From the NCBI RefSeq assembly GCF_035084215.1, contig NC_090340.1, forward strand, positions 42,284,001 through 42,348,000: 64,000 bases of DNA, in the 5' to 3' direction. Shown piece by piece: positions 48,480 to 61,557 of the stretch (its first letter is position 1; the number at the start of each line of letters is the position of its first letter). Under the pieces are notes generated by a model. The model was not told where the DNA came from, ran no database searches, and was given only the letters and a program-made list of their open reading frames with translations. Both the position numbers and the translations under genes were made by a program. This stretch comes from Heptranchias perlo (Eukaryota).

Positions 48480-50530
48480 CTTAAATTGGCACAGTATGTG
48501 GGTCTGGAGAACTTGTCTTAAAGGGGATGGTGACTGACATTAGTGAAGCTTTAACTGACATTTTTGTATGTTTGCTAAATTTGGAAGAGATTCCTGAGGC
48601 TTGGAAAGAGGCAAACACAACTTGAGTATTTAAAGACGGGTCAAGAAACATAACTACAGGCTGGTAAGTTTAACATCATTTGCGGGGAATGTCTTTGAAA
48701 TAATTTTAAGAGATCTGGTGGATGAACACTTGAAAAAGTCTAACTTGTTGAAATACTGTTGGCACTAATTCAGGAAAGGGAATTAACTTGATGGTCCTTT
48801 CTCAAGTTATTATTGACATGGTGGGTAGGGAAATGCAGATGTTGTAAGACATTGGGATTGCAGAAAGCTTTTGACAAGATTCCAAGTTGGTCATTATTGA
48901 CTAAGGTCAGGAGTTATGGAATAAGAGGTAAAGCATGTTTTGGATAGAAAACTGCCTTAAAAACTGTAAACATAGGGTACTTTTCAGGCTGAAGAGATGC
49001 TCAAAACTAGATACCCTAGTGGTCAGTGTTGGGACCTGTACTATTTTGAATCTCCTGTGGCATTGTTCACAATGAATCAAATGATATGCTAATTTGTAAC
49101 AACAGGAAAATTATACCACGTAATGCACAACGCATTATTCCACTGCTGAGAGCTGTGTGTAAGCTGGCCTGTCACTTGAAGGCCGTGAAGCCTGATTGCT
49201 GTACATAAGCAGAGGCCTGCTACATAAGAGAGTTTAATTACAGTTACTGAGGAACATTTGCAGATTGGAAGGTGCTTGTAAATTTCCAGCTCTAGGTCAG
49301 AAGTAAGCTGTACAAAACCATAGCTTCCACTTGTTCTTCAGAAGGGGCTTGTAAATTTCTGCCATACTTTTAACACTCTGAAGTGTTAAAAGTGCATGAC
49401 ATCTGAAGTGTGATATATTGAAAAATATATAGATCGATTGATTTCTCAGCTAAGGGTATTTTAAGCAAAATCTTAGTACAGTGCTTAGCTCCAGCAAAAA
49501 AAACAAATAAAAGTCCCAATTCTAACTTGAAGTGGGAATTCAGCTTGAGGGGACTGAGCCGATTTTAACTCCTGGGCCTCATCTGCACGCCTCCGGTAAG
49601 TAGCCTGCCCAAAACCAACAAGAATGTTGGGTGGAAAGAGGCTGCCAGCTGGGAGCAAAGGAACCTGGCCCCACAAGGAAAGTCCCAATGATACCATCAC
49701 AGATTGATCTACATATTTAAAGAAGAACCCCACTGGTTTCAGGCAGGTGTCCTTGCTGCCTGTTTGTAAGAGCAGGTTAAAATTAAAGACTGCGGGAAGG
49801 GAGCAGGTAAGTTTCTCGGCTGATTTTAACTGCTCGCCCGTCTGGTTTCCACCGGCAGAGTTAAAATCACCCCTAAAGATCTGTGTTGCATTAGCTGAGG
49901 AATAGAGTACAAATCAAAACAGTTACATAGGATGTTGGTCTGATCTCAACTACAGTCTTGGTTACCTAATCGTAGGAATGATATTATTACCCTTGAGAAA
50001 GTACAGGGTCAAACAGTGAAGATAATTCCAGGTGCTAGGCATTTTAGGTTATGAATAAAGATTAAGGAAATTGGGCTTGTATCTAATTGAAGGGAGATCC
50101 AATTGAAGTTTTCAAGATTATGAAGGAATTTGACACAATTGACGTAGAAAGTTGCTCACTATTGGTGAAGGATTCAAACAGCAGGGGACACAAGTTAAGA
50201 AATAGAAAGTTAGGAATAAAGATTAATTTAGGCAGGAATAATAGAATCATGGAATAAATTAACACGCAAGCCCGTTCTGAAGTACAAGTGGAAGCTATGG
50301 TTTCGTGCTGGTTATTTCTGGCCTGGAGCTGGAAATTTACAAGCACCTTCCAATCTGCAAACTCTCATTAACCTCAGGCTTCTGCTTATGTACAGTGATT
50401 AAGCCTCATGGGAATAGTACAAATGGATTTGAGACAAGTAGGTGTGTTTCTACAAAGAGAAAAGGGATTGAGATATGTGGTGAGAGGACAGGTAGGTGGA
50501 GTTGGTCAATGAAAAATTATAGGCTTTTCT
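48480..50530 (+). mobile_element. Old fragmented CR1 ORF2 (48480-49050 and 49880-50530)
   Basis: Degenerate aactacaggctggtaagtttaacatc (NYRLVSLTS), aaagcttttgacaag (KAFDK), cagtgttgggacct, and gggagatccaattgaagttttcaagattatg. Confidence 0.6.
49556..49873. mobile_element. Harbinger-like MITE
   Basis: gagccgattttaactc / gagttaaaatcacccc. Confidence 0.55.
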
Positions 50531-51724
50531 TTGTTCCTAAAAATTCTCTTGTTTTTCTAATTTGGGTTGAAGGCTGTAACAATAAATATACACAAGGATG
50601 ATCAAATACTCGGTTGAACACTAGAAACCCAGTACTGCTGGGACCTGGGAAATATCACCTATGGCATAGTCTAGGTTGTAGTGTTTCATAATCTGGAGTA
50701 TTACCAGGTTACATTAGGTGACCAAGAGAAATTTCACAGAGCTGTATCTCCCTGGAATTCTTATCTATGATATACAACATTCCAAGGAGATTAAGTATGT
50801 TGGTAAGGTGTCTGATAGCCAACATTATGCATGGTCTATTGCAGGAACAGACTTGTGGAGTTGTATGTCCATATGTATGATTAGTTTTTAAAAGCTGCAC
50901 TTTAGTAGATTATTTGATGTACAATCTCTTCATCTTCTGTGGGGATAAACTTTTAAACATAAACAAACTTCTCAGACTCTCAGAAAACTAATAACAAAGT
51001 AAGATCTGATTGGTTGGTTCCAGTTCCACCCTCCAACTGATCTGCTTCTGACAGGACGGTTCCACCTTCCAAATGACTGATAGTGACAGCCTCCGATTTC
51101 AGTGATAAAAGCCAATTTCTCAATATTGAGTCTTACCACTGGGTGGAGCACTTCTTGGAGCATTTTTTAAAAATTGCCTAGATTGATATTATCATAAGCT
51201 TACATGTAAATCAATTTACAGCATGGTTGTTTGGTGTGACTGTTACGGGCAGCCAGTTAAAGATGGATATGTTGAAGCAAGTGACCTTAGTAGAAGAAGG
51301 ATACAAAGACAACTTCGTGAATGTCCAAACCAATTTTGAACCTCTTACAACTATGCCCCACCCAATGGGAACGGGGCAAATCAGCAGTTAAAATCAGGGA
51401 AATTCAGGGAAATTTTGAACGGTCTCTTTGTGATTTTAACGGAGCTACTGACTTCGTTCAGAAACCAGCAGGTTTGAATTGGGGTCCCATGACATAATTT
51501 GGACCCTATTGCGATTTTAACGTGGCAGTCCCGCCCAGCAGTCAATCCGCTCAGCAATACCTTGCAGGATTAGCCTCAGCAACTGACTGACACTGCAGGA
51601 AAATTTAAAGGGACACTCACCTCCATCAATAAAGTTTAATAGGATTTCTGTGCTTTTCTGATTAATGCATTTCAGAGCTTAGATATTGCATCCTTTTCAC
51701 TCATTTGCCTCACTCACCCTGACT

Positions 51725-51880
51725 AAGCATTGTTAGCTTACCATGGGTACCATTGTAAAAGGTTCCCTCTCTTCTGGTACTGTACCACTCCCTTTCAAAT
51801 CTGTCGTTATCACTCCCTTCCTCAAAAAAATGCCCCTTGACCTCTCTGTCCTTGCAAACTACCGCCCCCATCTCCAATCT
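51725..51880 (+). mobile_element. L2 ORF2 fragment
   Basis: IVKGSLSSGTVPLPFKSVVITPFLKKMPLDLSVLANYRP. Confidence 0.7.
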
Positions 51881-52226
51881 CCTGGCACAGGAGTTCCCTC
51901 CTCACCCTCACTTCTTCCAGAAACAGCTTCAAGGAGACTTCTGAAAACCTGAGGGCTTGCCTGCAACTCATTTCACACAAGATTCTTCTTCCAGCACCTC
52001 AGAATCAAAAGCAGCCAGAAGGGATTGCAGTCTCCCTTTAAGAGGAGCATTGCCACTTTAAATAGGCCTCCGGCTGACCTGCTGGAAATTGCTCCCTGGA
52101 CATGGGCAGGTTCCCAGTTGGGTCTGCCAATTCAGTGGGAAACTCAGCGGTGAGATTGAGGCCTGGGAGTTAAAATACTCCGGGCCTGTTTGTGGCTGAA
52201 GCGAGTGGGTTTTAAACTGAAACAAA

Positions 52227-52904
52227 GGCCCCGATATTTGCGGGGGGGGGGGGGGGTGGGGGGCGGCGGTGGTGTTGTAGCAGCCAGGAAACCCGGAAAT
52301 GTGGCTAACGCTGAAGTCCTGCCGAATTTAACGGCAGGACCTCATTTAAAAAATTTTTCTCCACTTCCCAGCTGTCAGCCAGCCAGATTGTGAGGCTGAC
52401 TGTTGGGCAGGAAGGCCTGCGCTGGCAGGCTGCAGCCGTGGAGTGGAGTGGGGGAGGAGTAGATCATGGAGGGAGGGAGAGATTGTGGGTCAGGGGTGAG
52501 AGATCGGATTGCGCGGGGAGGGGGAGGGGGGGAGATGCCCGAGCCGATCGAAAGGAGGGAAGCAGATTAGCTTGGCGTGCTGGGGGTGAAAACACTCCTG
52601 CTCTTCCTGGCCCACAAGCAGTGCTGGAAAGGCACTGACCTGCTGGATCCAGCCGTTCTTGCCTCCCTCCAGCTGCTGGATTTCCTGAGCCCTGGGAAAC
52701 CGGGCCCGCAGCCATTAAATGTAAAACTCTAGTAAAATTTGAGGCATGCAGCCTCGTTAAAATATTTTAATTACTGACCTGCCTCTTGAGAGCAGGTTAA
52801 TCGTCCACTCCCTCAACTTGCCTGCGGGGTGGGGGGAGGGAGGAGGGTTAAAACTTCCCCCAAAAACATCCACCTAAAACCGACCCAGAGTTAAAATCAG
52901 GGCC
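52227..52904 (-). mobile_element. Harbinger-like MITE related to 594-1368
   Basis: TIR GGCCCCGATATT / AAAATCAGGGCC. Shares the internal cactcctgctc..ggcccacaagcagtgc block with 36005-36040. Confidence 0.75.
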
Positions 52905-53865
52905 ATAGATTCAAGAATATGTAGAGTGATGGAGGTAGTGCAAGTCCATTATCGCCATGTTCACAGTAGCTGGAATTATTTTTCTTGATGTTTTAAAGAA
53001 AATGCGTCATCTATAACTACTCGGGCTGCATTTTCATCACTTAAAGGTATAAAAATGAACCCAATGAAATTGTAATTTGCTAAGAACTTCCTGTGATTTG
53101 TTTACAAGCAACACAAGAAAATTATCACACACAAATACTACAGATAAAAACCGTTGCTATGCCATTAACCTGGTGTAAGTCTAAATATATTGATTACATC
53201 AATTAACATCTAGAGGGAAAAGTTACCCTAATAAATTTACCCGTAATCAATAGACAACCTGAAAACAATTCCATTACACTGTCACTAAGAGAATTCCTAA
53301 CTTTTTTTTTCCTCTAAATTCCTTCATACTATTTGTTCTTACATAATGTTCATTCTTTATGCTCAACATTAATGGTAAGTAATATTTTTCCACTCAAGGA
53401 TAGTTTAGTCATGTAGTCGTGAGCATTTACTGTAAAGAACAAGATAAAATTTGCAGTAATTTCTTTAGTATAAATTTTGGAAGTCACCAATTCTTTCTTT
53501 CGTAACTGTGTCCCTAAATAGCAACCAGCCATACCAAATATGTCATAAATATCTAGATTTGTGATCCTGTCAAAACATTCTGGTTGACACATGAAGGAAC
53601 ATACAACCCACACAGTTGCTAAATAGAGAGAAAGATCCAAAGACTAAAGAAAGGAATAAGAGATGAACAAAGGAGAACTACAGTCTTAAAGAAGCACAAC
53701 TCTAATAAAAGAAAAATTGATGACACAAGGTCAGTTTCATCCTTTGCATCGATCACAGTTCTGAAATTAGTAACTTGCTAATTGATCAGTTATTGCTACG
53801 GCAGAGAAATAGAATTTTAATGTAAAAACACAGGGTATATTCGGAATCTTGTCATGTAGAGTAGA

Positions 53866-53956
53866 AATAGAGGCATAGAGTACAAAAGCAAGGAAGTCAT
53901 GATGAACCTTTATAAGACACTGTTTCGGCCACAACTGGAGTATTGTGTCCAGTTCG
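53866..53956 (+). mobile_element. Short + strand CR1 ORF2 piece, an inverted near-copy of 54445-54535
   Basis: NRGIEYKSKEVMMNLYKTLFRPQLEYCVQF. Confidence 0.8.
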
Positions 53957-56900
53957 GCCCATCGAGTCCGAGCCGGCTCAACGCAAGAGCAATCCAGCTA
54001 GTCCTACTCCCCCGCCCTATCCCCGTAGCCCTGCCATTTTTTTCCTTTCAAGTACTTATCCAGTTCCCTTTTGAAGGCCATGATAGAATCTGCCTCCACC
54101 ACCCTCTCGGGCAGTGCATTCCAGATCACAACCACTCGCTGTGTAAAAAAGTTTTTCCTCATGTCACCTTTGGTTCTTTTGCCAATCACCTTAAATCTAT
54201 GTCCTCTGGTTCTTGACCCTTCCACCAATGGGAACAGTTTCTCTCTCTCTACTCTGTCTAGACCCTTCATAATTTTGAATACGTCTATCAAATCTCCTCT
54301 CAAACTTCTCTGTTACAAGGAGAACAATCACAGCTTCTCCAGTATATCCACGTAACTAAAGTCCCTCATCCCTGAAATCATTCTCGTAACTCTCTTCTGC
54401 ACTCTCTCTAAGGCCTTCACATCTTTCCTAAAGTGCTGTGCCCAGAACTGGAAACAATACTCCAGTTGTGGCCGAACAAGTGTTTTATAAAGATTCATCA
54501 TGATTTCCTTGCTTTTGTACTCTATGCCTCTATTTATAAAGCCCAGGATCTCATATGCTTTTTTAACCACTTTCTCAACCTGCCCTGCCACCTTCAATGA
54601 TTTGTGTACATATACCCCAAGGTCTCTCTGTTCCTGTACCCCTTTTAGAATTGTGCCCCCTAGTTTATATTGCCTCTCCTCATTCTTCTTACCAAAATGT
54701 ATCACTTTGCATTTTTCTGCGTTAAATTTCATCTGCCACGTGTCTGCCCATGCCACCAGCTTGTCTGTATCCTCTTGAAGTCTATCACTATCCTCCTCAC
54801 TGTTCACTACACTTCTAAGTTTGTGTCATCTGCAAATTTTGAAGTTGTGCCCTGTACACCCAAGTCCAATACATTAATATATATCAAGAAAAGCAGTGGT
54901 CCTAGTACTGATCCCTGGGGAAACACTACTGTACACTTCCCTCCAGTCTGAAAAACAACCGTTCATCACTACTCTCCGTTTCCTGTTACTTAGCCAATTC
55001 TGTATTCATGCTGCTACTGCCCCTTTTATTCCATGGGCTTCAATCTTGATGACAACCCTATTGTGTGGCACTTTATCAAAAGCCTTTTGAAACTCTATGT
55101 ACACCACATCAACCACATTGCCCTCATCTACCCTCTCTGTTACCTCATCAAAAAACTCTATCAAGTGAGTTAAACATGATTTGCCTTTAACAAATCCTTG
55201 CTGGCTTTCCCTAATCAATCCGCACTTGTCCGAGTGACTGTTAATCCTGTCCCGGATTATCGTTTCTAAAAGTTTTCCCACTATTGAAGTTCAACTGTCT
55301 GGCCTGTAGTTGCTGGGTTTATCCTTACACCCTTTTTTGAACAAGGGTATAACATTTGCAATTCTCCAGTCTTCTGGCACCATCCCCATATCGAAGGATG
55401 TTTGGAAGATTATAGCCAGTACCTCTGCAATTTCCACCCTTACTTCCCTCAGCAACCTAGGATGCATCCCATCCGGACCGGGTGACTTATCTACTTTTAA
55501 GTACAGCTCGCCTTTCTAGTACCTCCTCTTGAACAAGTTTTAGCCCATCCAGTATCTCAACTACATCTTCCATTACTGAGACTCTGGCAGCATCTTCTTC
55601 CTTGGTAAAGACAGATGCAAAGTACTCATTTAGTACCTCGGCCATGCTCTCTGCCTCCATGAGTAGATCTCCTATTTGGTCCCTAATTGGCCCCACCCCC
55701 TCCTCTTACTACCCATTTACTGTTTACATGCCTGTCGAAGACTTTTGGATTCCCTTTTATGTTGGTCGCCAGTCTATTCTCATACTCTCTCTTTTGCCCC
55801 TCTTATTTTCTTTTTCACTTCCCCTCTGAACTATCTATATTCAGCCTGGTTCTCACTTGTGTTATTAACCTGACATCTGGCATACACCCTTTTTTTCTGC
55901 TTCATCTTACTCACTATCTCTTTTGTCATCCAAGGAGCTCTGGCTTTAGTTGCCCTACCTTTCTCCCTCGTGGGAATGCATCTAGACTGTACCTGAACCA
56001 TCTCCTCCTTTAAAGGCTGCCCCACTGGCCAGATCTGTTCTCATTCCACTGAAATGTGCCCTCCTCCAATTGAGTATTTTTCCTTTAGAGTGGTCCATGT
56101 CCTTTTCCATAGCTCTTCTAAACCTTATGATACTATGATCGCTGTTCCCTAAATGTTCCCCCACTGACACTTGTTCCACTTGGCCCGCCTCATTCCCCAA
56201 AACCAAATCCAGCAATGCCTCCTTCCTCGTTGGGCTGGAAACGTACTGATCAAGAAAGTTCTCCTGAACACACTTCAGAAATTCCTCCCCATCTTTGCCC
56301 CTTATTATTACTATCCCAGTCTATATTAAGATAGTTGAAGTCCCCAGTTATCACTACTCTATGGCTTTTGCACCTCTCTGTAATTTCCCTGCAAATTTAC
56401 TCCTCTATCTCCTCCCTACTAGTTGGTGGCCTATAGAATACACCCAGTAGTGTAATGGTACCTCTTTTGTTTCTTAATTCTAACCAAATAGATTCTGTCC
56501 TTGACCCCTCCAGGACAACCTCTCTCTCCAGCACTGCAATATTCTCCTTAATCAATGCCGCCACGACCCCCTCCTTCCTTCCTGTCCCTATCTTTCTTGA
56601 ACACCTTATATCCAGGAATATTTAATCTCCAAACCTGCCCTTTTTTGAACCAGGTCTCCGTTATCACCACGACATCGTATTCTCATGTGACTATTTGCGC
56701 CTGCAGCTCACCAACCTTATTTACCACGCTTCGTGCGTTTACATACATGCACTGCAAACCAGTCTTAAACTCTCTCTCAGTCTGATCCCACCTAATACCG
56801 TACTGTTTCTTATTCTAGTGCTATCTTTCTCTCCCAATCCTTTGTGCACCTTGTTTCTCCTTTCCAATACTAAATCCTCGTGCCCATCCCCCTGCCAAAT

Positions 56901-57050
56901 TAGTTTAAATCCCCCCAGCCCCCCCACAGCACTAGCAAACCTCCCCACAAGGACTTTGGTCCCAGCTCCGTTGAGGTGCAACCCATCCGGCCTGCACAGG
57001 TCCCATCTCCCCCAGAATTGGTCCCAAACCCAGGAAGCTAAAGCCCTCCC
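53957..57050 (-). mobile_element. CR1 LINE, minus strand, from the ORF1 C-terminus through a frameshifted ORF2
   Basis: FWGRWDLCRPDGLHLN, EHLGNSDHSII, EFQKAFDKVPH, RPQLEYCFQFW, RVVVIWNALP. Confidence 0.92.
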
Positions 57051-58538
57051 TCCTCCTTTTATCGCTGACCCTGTGCTCTGCTCTCCTCCTTTTTTCGCCG
57101 ATCCTGCACTCCGCTCTCCTCCTTTTATCACTGATCCCGCGCTCTGCTCTCCTCCTTTTATCACTGATCCCGCGCTCTGCTCTCCTCCTTTTATCACTGA
57201 TCCCGCGCTCCGCTCTCCTCCTTTTATCACTGATCCCACGCTCCGCTCTCCTCCTTTTATCACTGATCCCGTGCTCCGCTCTCCTCCTTTTATCACTGAT
57301 CCCGCGCTCCGCTCTCCTCCTTTTATCACTGATCCCATGCTCCGCTCTCCTCCTTTTATCACTGATCCCGTGCTCCGCTCTCCTCCTTTTATCACTGATC
57401 CCACGCTCCGCTCTCCTCCTTTTATCACTGATCCCACGCTCCGCTCTCCTCCTTTTATCACTGATCCCACGCTCCACTCTCCTCCTTTTATCACTGATCC
57501 TATGCTCCGCTCTCCTCCTTTTATCACTGATCCCGCGCTCCGCTCTCCTCCTTTTATCACTGATCCCACGCTCCACTCTCCTCCTTTTATCACTGATCCT
57601 ATGCTCCGCTCTCCTCCTTTTATCACTGATCCCGTGCTCCGCTCTCCTCCTTTTATCACTGATCCCGTGCTCCGCTCTCCTCCTTTTATCACTGATCCCA
57701 TGCTCCGCTCTCCTCCTTTTATCACTGATCCCACGCTCCACTCTCCTCCTTTTATCACTGATCCCATGCTCCGCTCTCCTCCTTTTATCACTGATCCCAT
57801 GCTCCGCTCTCCTCCTTTTATCACTGATCCCGTGCTCCGCTCTCCTCCTTTTATCACTGATCCCGCGCTCCGCTCTCACTCCTTTTATCGCTGATCCCAT
57901 GCTCCGCTCTCACTCCTTTTATCGCTGATCCTATGCTCCGCTCTCCTCCTTTTATCACTGATCCCACGCTCCGCTCTCCTCCTTTTATCGCTGATCCTAT
58001 GCTCCGCTCTCACTCCTTTTATCGCTGATCCCATGCTCCGCTCTCCTCCTTTTATCACTGATCCCACGCTCCACTCTCCTCCTTTTATCGCTGATCCTAT
58101 GCTCCGCTCTCCTCCTTTTATCACTGATCCTATGCTCCGCTCTCCTCCTTTTATCACTGATCCCGCGCTCTGCTCTCCTCCTTTTATCACTGATCCCACG
58201 CTCCGCTCTCCTCCTTTTATCACTGATCCCACGCTCCACTCTCCTCCTTTTATCGCTGATCCTATGCTCCGCTCTCCTCCTTTTATCACTGATCCTATGC
58301 TCCGCTCTCCTCCTTTTATCACTGATCCCGCGCTCTGCTCTCCTCCTTTTATCACTGATCCTATGCTCCGCTCTCCTCCTTTTATCACTGATCCCATGCT
58401 CCGCTCTCCTCCTTTTATCACTGATCCCACGCTCCGCTCTCCTCCTTTTATCACTGATCCTATGCTCCGCTCTCCTCCTTTTATCACTGATCCCGCACTC
58501 CGCTCTCCTCCTTTTATCACTGATCCCGCGCTCCACTC
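57050..58538. repeat. Minisatellite, 33-bp unit, ~45 copies, abutting the CR1 5' end
   Basis: Unit CTCCTCCTTTTATCACTGATCCYRYGCTCCGCT, with three 34-bp variants near 57875-58015. Confidence 0.97.
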
Positions 58539-59935
58539 AGGAACATCTGCAACTGAAGTGGAAACATCTGATGGAACATAAAACTGTGGGTTTAATTTGT
58601 AAGATTTATTTGGCAGAGTGATTAAACAAAATAAGATTTTTTTTTAAGGAACAATTAATATATTTCTGTAATGAACATTATTTTATTAAGTATTCGAACA
58701 CCACAGTTTAGCTGAGTTTAGCCCAATATTATATAATATTGGGCTGTAATTTCCAAGATCACAGAAATACTTAGCAGACTCACAAGTTCAAAATAGTACT
58801 GGTTGGCTTTCGGGTTACATCTCTAACTTCGATTTTCTTCCATTCTGTTTATGGCCTATGTTGTTGAGCTCTGTACTGCAGGCAGCATTGTTATTATCAA
58901 ATGCATCTTGGAAGTTGGCAATGCAGACAATTGTTCCGCAATGACTGGCTGGTAGACTTCTCCACAGCAGCCCCGAGACTTGGCAGTGTGTTTTCAATGG
59001 TGACAGGAGACTCAAAGACGCTCATGCAGCAGCCTCTTTGTAAGCAGGGCCTAGGAGATCTGAATCTTGAGACACTTCAGCACAATGAGTAACCATACTC
59101 AACCTTTACCTGGCAACTTTGGCTTTTGTTGGACAGCAACACTTGCCTTTCTCCACGCTCACTTCGTGCCTCACTCTGCGTTGCCTCCTCAATCTCAGGA
59201 TCATGACCTTGTGGCTTTTGTCTCCTTGAAGTGGTTGTGATGAGGAAGGGTGCTATGCTGTGGGGCCTTGTTCGGAGGGTCCTGGTTCAGGCTTTGAGTC
59301 TTCCTTTACTTCTGTGAGTATATAGCTTCAGCAATCCCTTTTGTGGCAGCACTAACAGGACATGCTCTACTCAATGGTGCTGCTCTTTTCCTCTGTGTAC
59401 CCAGGTTACTGTTTCACTTACTGGTAATGTTTCCCAAATAAAGTATTAGAATACAATGCCGTAAGCTCAAACATCTCTTCCTCCACCACCATCTCCTGTG
59501 CTCTTTAGAATCTTTCAGTCTATGATGTTCACTATTGCCTGCTTAAAGGGGGTAAATATTTGGCTTAGCTAGACCCCTACCAATCTGCAGTTGCTTGAGA
59601 CAATTAATGGCCAACTTTGCCTCAAAGAAAAACATAGTGCATTGTTTAAGAGGACATATTGCACTGACATGTAGGTAAGCAACATAGTGCCTCTGACATC
59701 ACAGGCAAGTCAAGTGACATTGCCTCCTAGCTGCACTTCTACAGGTTACAAAGGCAAGGTCAGCTCTTTCTTTGCCCTTAGGTTTTGAAGAATATTCTAT
59801 TGGTCAGCTGCATTTTGCTTTTCAGTCCTAATACATCTAGTCACATTTAACTTTAATCTGCATACCTTTCTGAACAAATAGGAACCTTTGACTTGTTAAC
59901 TTCTGACTAAGGACTGCCATACTACAACTACATTC

Positions 59936-60231
59936 TAACCAGGGGGCATAGATCTAAAGTGATTGGTAGAAGGACTAGAGGGGAATTGAGGAAAAATATT
60001 TTCACCCAGAGGGTGGTGGGGTCTGGAACTCACTGCCTGAAAGGGTGGTAGAGGCAGAAACCCTCAACACATTTAAAAAGTACCTGGATGTGCGCCTTAA
60101 GTGCTGTGACCTACAAGGCTACGGACCAAGTGCTGGAAAGTGGGATTAGGCTGGGTGGCTCATTTTCGGCCGGCGCAGACACGATGAGCCGAATGGCCTC
60201 CTTCTGTGCCGTAAATTTTCAATGATTCTAC
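59936..60231 (+). mobile_element. CR1 3' fragment
   Basis: accagggggcataga...ttcacccagagggtggt...3'UTR, similar to 30510-30798. Confidence 0.85.
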
Positions 60232-60736
60232 GTAGGGAAACCCCTTGCTCACCTCACACTTTGTTTCCAGCCTTCATATTGCACATTGATGGCTTTCATG
60301 CCTTACCTTAGTGCTTTTCTTCATGTCAGACATCTCTTTCCAGACTTCCTCCCATGTCCGCTGTATACGTGACACCAAGTTTACATTCTGTTTTTCTTCC
60401 CCCATGTTTGCCTTTCTTTGTGATTTAATGGGAGGGCATCTTTCTGTCCCATAAATGACATAACGCGGTTGCATGATGTCCTTAATCCGAACCTCGAGCC
60501 TTGTCATTGAAATCTGCTCTCCGCTGCCGCCTGCACTCCATTAATGCACACATTTACTCCTGCAAAAGATGGATTCAAAGTGGAATGAAACAGTTAAGTG
60601 CCAATTTCCTCCTTAGATAATGCCTGTTTGCCTTTATTGAAGATGTAATAGAAATGTCTGTTCAACTGTGATCCATTATGATATATTCAAACTCGCATGG
60701 TTCCAATTCAGAAAAACAGCATGTTACACCATTTGA

Positions 60737-61140
60737 GTTCTCCTTAGAACAGAGAAGGTTAAAGGGAGATTTAATAGAGGTGTTCAAAATCATGAATGGT
60801 TTTGATAGAGTAAATAAAGAGAAACTGTGGCAGAAGGGTTGGTAACCAGAGGACACAGATTTAAGGTGATTGGCAAAAAAGCAAGAGGTGACATGAGGAA
60901 ACATTTTTTTACGCAGCGAGTTGTAATGATCTGAAATGCACTGCCTGAAAGGGCGATGGAAGCAGATTCAATAATAACTTTCAAAAGGGAATTGGATAAA
61001 TACTTGAAGGGAAAATATTTACAGGACTATGGGGAAAGAGCAGGGGAATGGAAATAATTGGATAGCTCTTTCAAAGAGCCGGCACAAGCACTATGGGCCA
61101 AATGGCCACCTCCTGTGCTGTACTTACTATGATACTATGA
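60737..61140 (+). mobile_element. CR1 3' fragment
   Basis: ttctccttagaacagagaagg...tail tactatgatactatga. Similar to the reverse complement of 54000-54325. Confidence 0.85.
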
Positions 61141-61326
61141 TAATTCACAGAAATCAAAAGCTACCCCCAAATAAGAATTTTTAGTTATTAATGAAATTCT
61201 CCCTTTATAATATCAAGCACACTTTACCTCTACTCTCTCATAATGTTGATTTCACTGCAATGGCTAAAAATTCCTCCATTCATTACATTTATCCCATGGG
61301 CAAAGTCAGGTACCTACTATGGTGTT

Positions 61327-61557
61327 AAAACCAGAAAATACTGGAAATACTCAGCAAGTCAGGCAGCATCTGTGGAGCGAGAAACAGAGATAACGTTTCA
61401 GGTCAATGACTTTTCATCAGAGTTCTGATGAAAGGTCATCGACCTGAAACATTAACTTTGTTTCTCTCTCTCCACAGATGCTGCCTGACCTACTAAGTGT
61501 TTCCAGCATTTTCTGTTTTTATTTCAGATTTCCAGCATCTGCAGTATTTTGCTTTTC
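61327..61557. mobile_element. Palindromic (fold-back) element, probably derived from Penelope-like element ends
   Basis: ~95-bp arms (61327-61420 / 61425-61520) centred on tcatcagagttctgatga, plus a further partial terminal copy to 61557. Confidence 0.75.
61418..61460 (+). ncRNA. Minimal type I hammerhead ribozyme motif
   Basis: CAGAGUU-CUGAUGA-A-AGGUC(AUC)GACCU-GAAAC-AUU-AACUUUG: stem I, both core boxes and stem II are present. Confidence 0.6.

Noticed and set aside
53350-53640. 96-aa minus-strand ORF with an acceptor-like tract
   Set aside because: No recognisable domain and no clear donor.
56695-58581. Repetitive ORFs on both strands (e.g. SPPFITDP, GSVIKGGER)
   Set aside because: A by-product of a 33-bp unit (a multiple of 3). 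Broken by 34-bp variants and fused to CR1 sequence.
58800-59520. Possible decayed Harbinger Myb-like gene on the minus strand
   Set aside because: Only a vague compositional resemblance; no continuous motif or TIRs found.
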